DNA from: a candidate division WOR-3 bacterium
GTDB lineage: Bacteria; Hydrothermota; Tepidihabitantia; SM23-42; CAYGYG01
Direction: 5' to 3'
Length of the DNA stretch: 33,982 nucleotides
NCBI GenBank assembly: GCA_965648915.1
Contig: CBFGIV010000024.1
Coordinates: forward strand, 1 to 33,982
Shown: positions 25,044 through 32,652 of the stretch, piece after piece
How the letters are laid out: every line of letters starts with the position of its first letter
Numbering within the stretch: the first letter of the stretch is position 1
Notes under the pieces: generated by a model
What the model saw: only the letters and a program-made list of their open reading frames with translations
The model's database searches: none
Told to the model about the DNA's origin: nothing
Translations under genes and position numbers: made by a program

Positions 25044-28000
25044 ATGAGGTACTGCATTACGGTTTTGTTTATGGCCTGTATGGTGATGGGCTATATCGAT
25101 CCGAACCTTTCGGTCTCGGAAATAAGAGACTTCACACCCCTGGCCGACAAAGAATATGATTATATCTCAATCGCCGGCTACTATTTCAATCCTAAGGAAA
25201 AACTACCTGATATCCCGGCTGAACTAAAAGGGACTTCAGACTATTACTTGATTCAGATCAAAGGCCCGGTTTATGGTTATATGAAATCGAAGATTGAAGA
25301 CCTTGGAGTCAAACTCATCGAGTATATTCCGTTCAACGCCTTTATCGCCCGGATGAGTTCAGAACAGAAGTCTTCAGTTGAAAACCTGCCATTTGTAAAC
25401 TGGGTTGGGACCTACGAGCCGGCTTATAAATTGAGTCCGCTCTTTAAAGTCAAACAGTCGGGAAAGGTCTATGTGCTTCTTTTTTACAATGAGGATATTA
25501 ATGGGGTTGTCGAAGCACTGAGAGATATGGGTGGTAAGATTATTGAGGCATCGGTGACAGAATTTTATAAGATAATTCTCGCGGATATTGACCCTGCCCA
25601 ACTATCAAAAATTGCCCGATTGCCTCAGGTGATGTATATCGAGCCCTGGTCTGAGCCAATCCTGGTCAATGATAATGCCCAATGGGTAACCCAGACCTGG
25701 ACCCAGGGTGTGCGTCGGGTCTGGGCAAAAGGTCTTCTTGGCCAGGGGCAGGTGGTGAATACCGCTGATACCGGGATTCTGGTCCAGCCGACCCAGCACG
25801 ATATGTTCCGTGATCCAGCAGTTGCGATAACTACCTGGGGAGACTTCCCGACGCACAGAAAGATAATTGCTTATAGAACCTGGGCTGGTTCGTCCGCAAC
25901 ATTCAATGACCATTCGGGTGCGAGCTGGCACGGAACACATACTGCCGGGACAATATGTGGAGACGATTCCTATGTGAGTGGGACGAGAGAGTGTGATGGT
26001 ATGCCGCTCAAGGCAAAGATATTCTTTATGGATATCGGCACTTCAGCCGGTGGACTCTCAATACCGAGTGATCTGACCAATCTTTATACACTGCCTTATA
26101 ATGGTAATGCGGGTGGCGCAGCGAGGGTTTCATCCCATTCCTGGGGATATACCTCGGGCCAGGGGACTTATACTGCTGCCTGTAACCAGACCGATAACTT
26201 TATGTGGACGCACAGAGACTTCTTAATCTGCTATGCGGCAGGTAACAGTGGTCCGGGTGCAACCACAGTATTACCGCCGGGGACAGCGAAGGATATCATC
26301 ACTGCGGGTGCAGTCGGTAATGCCACATCCGCAAACCAGATGGCATCCTTCTCAAGCAGAGGCCCCTGTGTCGATAACCGTTATAAACCCACCGTGACTG
26401 CACCCGGTCAGGCAATGCAGTCTTCAGTAGGTCCAAATGCCAACAGTTATCAGTATATGCAGGGGACAAGTATGGCAACACCCTGCATCGCTGGTAATGC
26501 TGCTCTGGTGCGGGACTACTTTGCCCGCGGTTTCTATCCGACCGGTGACTCGGTGGCTGGCAATCGCTGGACATATATCAGCGCCGCAATCGTTAAGGCC
26601 TGTATTGTTAACTGCGCTGCACCTGATATTATTGGCAGCACAATCCCGGATAATAATACCGGCTGGGGCAGGGTTAATCTTGACGATGTCCTCTATTTCC
26701 GGGATGATGTCCGGAAACTTGCGGCATACGACGATACCCTGGGTCTTTCTACCGGCCAGTACCGGGAATATACAGTCTCGGTTAATAACCAGAGCGAACC
26801 ATTGAAGATAACCTGTGTCTGGACTGACTATCCTGGAGCATCTGGATCAAATCCTTCAATTGTGAACAATCTCGACCTCCATGTGATTGGACCAAATAAT
26901 GTACACTATGCCGGTAATAGATATTCTGGTGGTCAATCGATAGCCAATGATACGACCTGGGATACAAGGAATGTTGAAGAGAATGTCCGGCGCAATGTCC
27001 CGGAGATCGGAAACTGGACAATCCGGGTCAGGGCGAGAAATGTCCCTCAGGGACCAAGACAGCCCTTTGCCCTGGTGGTCTCGGGTGGACTTGGTCCGAC
27101 TTCTCAGGCGGTTCTCCACATCTGTGGCCGATTACTCCAGGATCCTCCCCCTGGTAACAACAATGGCCGTGTTGACCCGGGGGAGACAGCCTATCTGACT
27201 GATACCCTGAGAAACCTATCCGCGGTTGGGGTAACCGGGGTTACAGGAAGGCTGAGACTATCAAGACCATCTTCCTATATTACATTACTTGATACTGTCG
27301 CAACCTTCGGTGATATCCCGGTTGGTGGACGAGCCCACAACGGAGCCAGCCGGTTCCGCTTCTCTGCATCATCCACAACACCACCGGGAACGGTTGTTGA
27401 ATTTATCCTTGCCCTGACCGGTGGCGGTGGTTTCAGCCAGAATATCCCATTCTCGATAATGATTGGTTCATCAGGCATTATCACAATATGGGGTCCCAAG
27501 CCATTACCCAGTTTCCCATCCGGTGGCTTCCCTTACGGCCTTGCTTACAACCCGACGAATCAGAGGATTTATGTTACCGACGCCTACGGCCGCAGGATTT
27601 ATATCTATTCTGGAGACAGCAATGTCACTTATATCGGGACAATTCCGGCTCCAGATACACTTGCAACCGATATTAAATACTGTGCCTATGACAATACCTT
27701 CTGGGTAGCAGCCAACCCCGGTGTCCGGCGGATCTATAAGATCAGTCAAACCGGAACAATCTTAAGGCAGTTTAATAATCCTGCTAATGACTACCCGACC
27801 GGGCTTGCCTGGCTTGAATCTTCGAGAGAACTCTATCTTGCTGACCGACGGACTGCTCAGAATACATTCCCTCAATATATCTATGTTGCAGATACAATGG
27901 GTACACAGATTCGTCGTATGGATATTCCCCTGCGGGCAAATGTCGGTCCAAGATGTCTGGCGATTGAACCACTCGGTCCTGGTCCTGGCTCATTACTTCA

Positions 28001-28535
28001 TATCTATACATCATTCAATTCCGGTGGCACACAGATCGATTCGATCGGTCTCTACGAACTGCGCCGGAGTGACGCAAGTATTGTGCAGCGCGTCATCCTG
28101 CCTGGCTGGAATGCCCGGGGTGTTGAGTATGATCCGCGGGATGGTAATTACTGGATAACGATTGTTCAGTCGCCGGATCGATCGATTGTCAAGATTGCTG
28201 GTTTCTATGGTCTGCCGAACCTGGTAGGTGAAAATCTTTCCGGTGTTTTGACGACCAATACCCTCTTTCTCTATCCATCGGTACCCAACCCGTTCAGAAA
28301 GAGCGTTACGATCCGCTATAATCTGCCGAGCAAATCAAAGGTAAAGTTGATGATCTATGATGCATCAGGCAGAAAGGTTACGACCCTTGTCAATCGAACT
28401 GAAGAGCCGGGATTGAAGTCGATAACCTGGAATGGTTCTACTGATGATGGTAAAGAGATTGCCAGTGGTGTCTATTTCTACCGACTTGAGACTAAAGAAA
28501 AGTCCCTGGTCCGAAAACTCGTCTTCACAAGGTAA
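25044..28535 (+). CDS. S8 subtilase (KP-43-like) with Ig-like domain, beta-propeller and T9SS/FlgD-like CTD
   Basis: Catalytic D (ADTG), H (HGTHTAG), S (GTSMATP) and oxyanion N (AAGN). KP-43-type C-domain (WTDYPG, NNLDL, NVENV). CTD PNPF...IYDASGR...SGVYFY. TAAGGAGG RBS before ATG 25044. Confidence 0.92.
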   Translation: MRYCITVLFMACMVMGYIDPNLSVSEIRDFTPLADKEYDYISIAGYYFNPKEKLPDIPAELKGTSDYYLIQIKGPVYGYMKSKIEDLGVKLIEYIPFNAFIARMSSEQKSSVENLPFVNWVGTYEPAYKLSPLFKVKQSGKVYVLLFYNEDINGVVEALRDMGGKIIEASVTEFYKIILADIDPAQLSKIARLPQVMYIEPWSEPILVNDNAQWVTQTWTQGVRRVWAKGLLGQGQVVNTADTGILVQPTQHDMFRDPAVAITTWGDFPTHRKIIAYRTWAGSSATFNDHSGASWHGTHTAGTICGDDSYVSGTRECDGMPLKAKIFFMDIGTSAGGLSIPSDLTNLYTLPYNGNAGGAARVSSHSWGYTSGQGTYTAACNQTDNFMWTHRDFLICYAAGNSGPGATTVLPPGTAKDIITAGAVGNATSANQMASFSSRGPCVDNRYKPTVTAPGQAMQSSVGPNANSYQYMQGTSMATPCIAGNAALVRDYFARGFYPTGDSVAGNRWTYISAAIVKACIVNCAAPDIIGSTIPDNNTGWGRVNLDDVLYFRDDVRKLAAYDDTLGLSTGQYREYTVSVNNQSEPLKITCVWTDYPGASGSNPSIVNNLDLHVIGPNNVHYAGNRYSGGQSIANDTTWDTRNVEENVRRNVPEIGNWTIRVRARNVPQGPRQPFALVVSGGLGPTSQAVLHICGRLLQDPPPGNNNGRVDPGETAYLTDTLRNLSAVGVTGVTGRLRLSRPSSYITLLDTVATFGDIPVGGRAHNGASRFRFSASSTTPPGTVVEFILALTGGGGFSQNIPFSIMIGSSGIITIWGPKPLPSFPSGGFPYGLAYNPTNQRIYVTDAYGRRIYIYSGDSNVTYIGTIPAPDTLATDIKYCAYDNTFWVAANPGVRRIYKISQTGTILRQFNNPANDYPTGLAWLESSRELYLADRRTAQNTFPQYIYVADTMGTQIRRMDIPLRANVGPRCLAIEPLGPGPGSLLHIYTSFNSGGTQIDSIGLYELRRSDASIVQRVILPGWNARGVEYDPRDGNYWITIVQSPDRSIVKIAGFYGLPNLVGENLSGVLTTNTLFLYPSVPNPFRKSVTIRYNLPSKSKVKLMIYDASGRKVTTLVNRTEEPGLKSITWNGSTDDGKEIASGVYFYRLETKEKSLVRKLVFTR

Positions 28536-28554
28536 TTTTGCGTGAATCAGCATC

Positions 28555-28581
28555 AGGGTGGGCTTTATGCCCACCCTTTTT
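28555..28581 (+). terminator. Rho-independent terminator
   Basis: AGGGTGGGC-TTTAT-GCCCACCCT followed by a T-run. Confidence 0.85.
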
Positions 28582-28640
28582 ATTTTTCTGATTTTTTACA
28601 AAAGTTTGATGTTTGGACAGTTATTGTTTAAAGATTATTA

Positions 28641-28685
28641 AGATTATTTTATCATCACTATCTTTTCTGTTAAGATTTCTTTGTC
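28641..28685 (-). pseudogene. Orphan CTD tail fragment (DKEILTEKIVMIK*) paralogous to the 3' end of the adjacent gene
   Basis: 38/45 nt identical to 28764-28808 (DKEITTGKIVVIK*). An in-frame TGA lies two codons upstream. Confidence 0.7.
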
Positions 28686-28686
28686 C

Positions 28687-28720
28687 GTTCAAGCATTCTA
28701 ACATGTTAGAATACTCGAAC
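28687..28720 (-). repeat. 34-bp palindrome / RNA hairpin
   Basis: Perfect core ATTCTAACATGTTAGAAT (28695-28712). Both arm mismatches become G-U pairs on the minus strand. Confidence 0.8.
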
Positions 28721-28766
28721 AATGAATTTTGAGAAGATTTATTAGGAATGGTAAGTTCACTTGAGA

Positions 28767-30170
28767 TCATTTTATCACCACGATCTTTCCTGTTGTGATT
28801 TCTTTATCATTATAGAGTTTTACAAAATATATACCGGGATTCGATAGTCGGAACGTAATAATGTTATCAGTGGTGCAAACCTCCTTGACCAATTTGCCGG
28901 TAATGTCATAGACCTTCAATCTTATTTCTTGTTTCTGACTTTTTACTTCTGACCTCTGATATATCTGTAATCTGACATCGGCCTTTGCCGGATTGGGCCA
29001 GATCTTTAATTGGTTATCAGTTATTCGCCATCGACTATCCTCTTTGATTTCTGTTATGTTCAATCTTTTATAGTAGATTTCTTCATTTCCACCATCCCTT
29101 TGGTCGGTCCAGAGAAGATGTAAGCGATTGGAATCGTCAATACAGATAAAAGGTTCACGCGAATGACCCGGGGCATTGGTTATTCTGATGTCCGGACTCC
29201 AACCCGTTCCATCATAACATTTGTAATAAATCTCACTCTCACCATGACGATAATCAGACCAGACAAGATGTAGCCGGTCCTGTTTATCAACTGCAATCTG
29301 GGGATGTTCTTTGATATAATCGACACTTACCAGTAATGTTTCAGGTTCCCAGGAAGTGCCGTTGAATCTCTTATAGAATATATCCCAGGTGCCAAACCGA
29401 AAATCCTGCCAGACCAGATGAAGCCTGCCCCTCGAATCACAGGCGACCGATGGTTCTACCGACGATTCAATACAGTTGGTCAACATTGTGTCACGCTCCC
29501 AACTTCTCCCATTATACTTCTTGTAGTAAATCTCGTAGTTTCCAGTTGTATCATCTGACCAGACAAGATGGAGACTGCCTTGCAGACCAGTAATTATCTT
29601 TGGATTAGTAAATGGTTTTGTATCGGCACCTTTGAGCCGGGCCAGGGTTGTCTCTTTTTCCCAAAAAATTCCATTGAACCTCTTATATAGAATTTTCCCT
29701 GGGCGACCGCATTGCATCATCGCAAGGTGTAGCTTGTTTGATGTGTCTATAGCCAGAGATGGTCTTAGAAAAGCCCAGGAATCGGTAAGAGCGGTATCAG
29801 GCCGCCAACCAGCAGGATCCCATTTCTTGTAAAATATCCTGATGCATTGCCAACCTCCGATGCTTCGTTCGTCCTCAAAAACCAGATGCAAATTATTGCT
29901 TGTGTCGGGCAAAATTGTCGGAAACTGCGACCTGACAACTTCGACACCGGTAACTAATAATGTCTCAGGTAGCCAGATTGTGCCGTTGTATTTACGATAG
30001 AAGAGCCGCCATCTTGGTAAATATGCTTCCCAGACCACATGAATATTACCTCGCCTATCAATGGAAATATTTTTACAAAAATTGGGTGAAGTCCGATCGA
30101 TGAATAAATGATTGGTCAGCCGGAAATCAGGGTCCCATTGAAGAAATATAAATAAAGATAATAGGAACAT
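28767..30170 (-). CDS. Secreted beta-propeller-like repeat protein (LHLVW/EIYYK repeats) with T9SS-like CTD
   Basis: About seven repeats of D...LHLVW.D...IYYK...G..W. CTD PNPA...VYDITGK...PGIYFV...KIVVIK. ATG 30170 has an RBS and a TAATG overlap with the upstream ORF. Confidence 0.8.
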   Translation of the reverse strand: MFLLSLFIFLQWDPDFRLTNHLFIDRTSPNFCKNISIDRRGNIHVVWEAYLPRWRLFYRKYNGTIWLPETLLVTGVEVVRSQFPTILPDTSNNLHLVFEDERSIGGWQCIRIFYKKWDPAGWRPDTALTDSWAFLRPSLAIDTSNKLHLAMMQCGRPGKILYKRFNGIFWEKETTLARLKGADTKPFTNPKIITGLQGSLHLVWSDDTTGNYEIYYKKYNGRSWERDTMLTNCIESSVEPSVACDSRGRLHLVWQDFRFGTWDIFYKRFNGTSWEPETLLVSVDYIKEHPQIAVDKQDRLHLVWSDYRHGESEIYYKCYDGTGWSPDIRITNAPGHSREPFICIDDSNRLHLLWTDQRDGGNEEIYYKRLNITEIKEDSRWRITDNQLKIWPNPAKADVRLQIYQRSEVKSQKQEIRLKVYDITGKLVKEVCTTDNIITFRLSNPGIYFVKLYNDKEITTGKIVVIK

Positions 30171-30568
30171 TATTTCTCCTTCATTTTTGAAAAGATACAT
30201 ATCGGCCTCGCCCACTGCCCTATTGGTGTGAGAATAAATCTTCTACGATAAAAGACATCAATTGTGTGCTCGGTCTCTTCTCGCCAGAAAAGATACAGAG
30301 TATCATCTATGCAATACACAAATGGATTGGACGATTTTGCCTCGCTGTATGAAAGATTTACCGTATCCGACTTTGGCGTAAAATAGAAAATATTGCCGTC
30401 TTTGACAAAGACTGTATGCTTGCCACCGCGCTGGTCTGCAATGGTTACCATTTCAGGTAATTCCCCTTCGGCTACTTTTTCAATTATATCAAAAACCTTA
30501 CTGCTTTCTTGGCCACTACTTGTTTGAATCAAGATTAAACAAATTATAAAAACTAATTTTTTAGACAT
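30170..30568 (-). CDS. Small exported hypothetical protein with one or two degenerate copies of the neighbour's repeat
   Basis: AAGGAGG RBS, signal peptide, NLSYSEAKSSNP...LYLFWREE...DVFYRR. Confidence 0.68.
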   Translation of the reverse strand: MSKKLVFIICLILIQTSSGQESSKVFDIIEKVAEGELPEMVTIADQRGGKHTVFVKDGNIFYFTPKSDTVNLSYSEAKSSNPFVYCIDDTLYLFWREETEHTIDVFYRRRFILTPIGQWARPICIFSKMKEK

Positions 30569-30583
30569 AAACACCTCCTTGCT

Positions 30584-30677
30584 CACCCCCTCCTTTATCC
30601 TCCCCCTTGAGGGGGGAGGTCAGGGTGGGAGGGCGTCATTGAGAGCGAATCCGCCTGAACAGTGAGCGTGGCGATCC
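30584..30677. repeat. Composite intergenic palindromic repeat: C/G-rich hairpin plus half of the GTCATTGCGA element
   Basis: CCTCCCCC-TTGA-GGGGGGAGG (30599-30619), then GTCATTGAGA..TCCGCCTGA..GTGGCGATC (30635-30676) resembling 32467-32500. Confidence 0.7.
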
Positions 30678-30705
30678 CCTCTTTTCATTCGCTAACATTC
30701 GTTGC

Positions 30706-32604
30706 TTAATCAACCACCACTACCTTTTTCGTAATCACCTTATTCTCGGTCTCAAGACGCAGAAAATAAACCCCACTTTTCAGGCTAAACGCAGAGGGCA
30801 AGGTGTAAAGGGTGAGAGATTTCACCAATTTCCCAGAAATATCATAAATTTTTATTTGTTTTTGACTGACATCTGTTATCTGTAATCTGATTTCCCTTCG
30901 TGTTGGATTCTGTAAAATCTTTATACCGCCATCCGCTATCTGCCATCTCCTATCCTCTTTTACTTCTACTCGCTTTATTGCAAACCTCCCCGAAAAATCC
31001 CAGGCAATACCCCTGGGTGTATTCTGCCCGGCTCTTGGTGGACCATATGACCAGATCATCAGACGACAAGAGTCGGAAACTGTGTCAGGAACAGACCAGA
31101 GATATGAAGTATCGTTCGATTGTTGGATAGTTGTGATGGTTTGATAGTTACGACCATTGTCAAAAGAGATGAAAAGAGTAAAAGAATCAGCGCCAGGTGG
31201 ATCAAACTTTCGCCATCTTATCCACTCCTGTGAACCGGCAATAAATATCTGGCCACTGTCAGGTCTTGTAAATTCAGCACCGCAGATCTCAAAGATATGA
31301 GTTTCATTACCACCCGATTCTACAATTTCACCATAGCCATTCTTATTTAAATCATAAACGAGGACATTGGTGGCATTGTGAGAATTACCTTGTGGCCAGG
31401 GGTAAACGGTGTAAATTCGCTCAAATTGATTATTTCCTCTGGCTTTATAAATTAACCAATTATTTGCTACAGCCCAGACGAGTTCGTCAACACCGTCAGC
31501 ATCAACATCACCACTGGAGCTACTCGTATACCAGTCAGGCCATGTGCGAATATCAAGGATTGAATCTTGATAACTAATATCATATAGATTATTTCCTATT
31601 GTTTCATAAATTCTTACACATCCGGTCCAGGTCATATTGCCGGGATTATAAAAATTCATTATAATAAATTCCGACTTACCATCACGGTCCAAATCATTTG
31701 TTGAGATATTGTCCAGACAATTCGGCGTTGGAATCGTATCGCACCAGACCCTTTGATATTGATTATCTCCGATACATTCAAAAACCTGCACATTTTCCCA
31801 GTGACTGCTTATCCCGCTTGTTACAAATTCACCCCTGCCATCAAGATCAAAATCACCAAAACAATGAGCATCAGCATTAGTGGTGACAGTGTCACACCAA
31901 ACGAGAGAATAACGATTATTACCACAATTTTCTAAGATGAAGAAGAATCTGCCTCCTGCTGTAAAGACTATTTCTTTTTTAAAATCATCATCTAACTCTG
32001 CGATGTGCATATCAGAGAAGGTTGCCTGAACAGAGCAATCCCATTTCCAAGATAATAATTTAGGGTAGCTGCAATAATCTGGCGATTCATAGATGCCTAT
32101 CTGATAATTAATTGTTCCATCGGCGTTAAAACCGACTATATCACTAAAAGAATCATTATCAGCGTGCCCAACTTCACCATTATAAAAACCAGAATCACCG
32201 ACTATTGATGATAAGATGAATCTATTTATTGGTTGACATTCCCAGATATGAGTTTTTTTGTAAAAAGTATCAGGTCTGCCAACACAAAAAATGACTTCAT
32301 TATATCCATTGTGATTCGTGTCATAGCCGCAAAGTAAACCATGAGTCCACATCATACCTCGTGGGAGATATACTTTTTGCTTGAAATTATAGGCGGAAAC
32401 GAATACAAATGGCAAAATAAAAAGAATTAAAATAGGGATTTTGAGGTTGCTTAAAAAACCTGTTTTGTCATTGCGATCCGCCTCAGGCGGAGTGGCGATC
32501 TCATTCTTATTGAGAGCAGATGAGATTGCTTCGGTCCACCTTCGGCGCGACCTCGCAATGACTGAAACAAGAAAGCTTCGAATAAATAAGTTATTGATTT
32601 TCAT
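30706..32604 (-). CDS. Secreted FG-GAP/VCBS-like repeat protein with T9SS-like CTD
   Basis: Repeats DxDxDG..E (GDFDLDGRGEF, NDLDRDGKSEF, GDVDADGVDEL, YDLNKNGYGEI). Ig-like domain. CTD QNP...IYDISGK...SGVYFL...KKVVVVD. Start uncertain. Confidence 0.8.
   Translation of the reverse strand: MKINNLFIRSFLVSVIARSRRRWTEAISSALNKNEIATPPEADRNDKTGFLSNLKIPILILFILPFVFVSAYNFKQKVYLPRGMMWTHGLLCGYDTNHNGYNEVIFCVGRPDTFYKKTHIWECQPINRFILSSIVGDSGFYNGEVGHADNDSFSDIVGFNADGTINYQIGIYESPDYCSYPKLLSWKWDCSVQATFSDMHIAELDDDFKKEIVFTAGGRFFFILENCGNNRYSLVWCDTVTTNADAHCFGDFDLDGRGEFVTSGISSHWENVQVFECIGDNQYQRVWCDTIPTPNCLDNISTNDLDRDGKSEFIIMNFYNPGNMTWTGCVRIYETIGNNLYDISYQDSILDIRTWPDWYTSSSSGDVDADGVDELVWAVANNWLIYKARGNNQFERIYTVYPWPQGNSHNATNVLVYDLNKNGYGEIVESGGNETHIFEICGAEFTRPDSGQIFIAGSQEWIRWRKFDPPGADSFTLFISFDNGRNYQTITTIQQSNDTSYLWSVPDTVSDSCRLMIWSYGPPRAGQNTPRGIAWDFSGRFAIKRVEVKEDRRWQIADGGIKILQNPTRREIRLQITDVSQKQIKIYDISGKLVKSLTLYTLPSAFSLKSGVYFLRLETENKVITKKVVVVD
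32467..32562. repeat. 96-bp cloverleaf palindromic element (GTCATTGCGA...TCGCAATGAC)
   Basis: 10-bp perfect terminal inverted repeat enclosing three internal hairpins. Confidence 0.85.
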
Positions 32605-32617
32605 AATACTTGATTTA

Positions 32618-32644
32618 AAGGGGAGGGCGTGAAGCCCTCCCCTT
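32618..32644 (-). terminator. GC-rich hairpin, probable terminator or processing stem after the last gene
   Basis: AAGGGGAGGGC-5nt-GCCCTCCCCTT, 8 nt past the stop. The U-tract is short. Confidence 0.65.
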
Positions 32645-32652
32645 ATCTTTAT

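Noticed and set aside
28695..28712. Integron attC site (TAAC...GTTAG)
   Set aside because: The core-like motifs are directly adjacent with no L boxes or extrahelical bases, and no integrase was seen.
28641..28808. DGR template/variable repeat pair
   Set aside because: Only 45 bp, only 4 of 7 differences are at adenines of the putative template, and there is no reverse transcriptase in the window.
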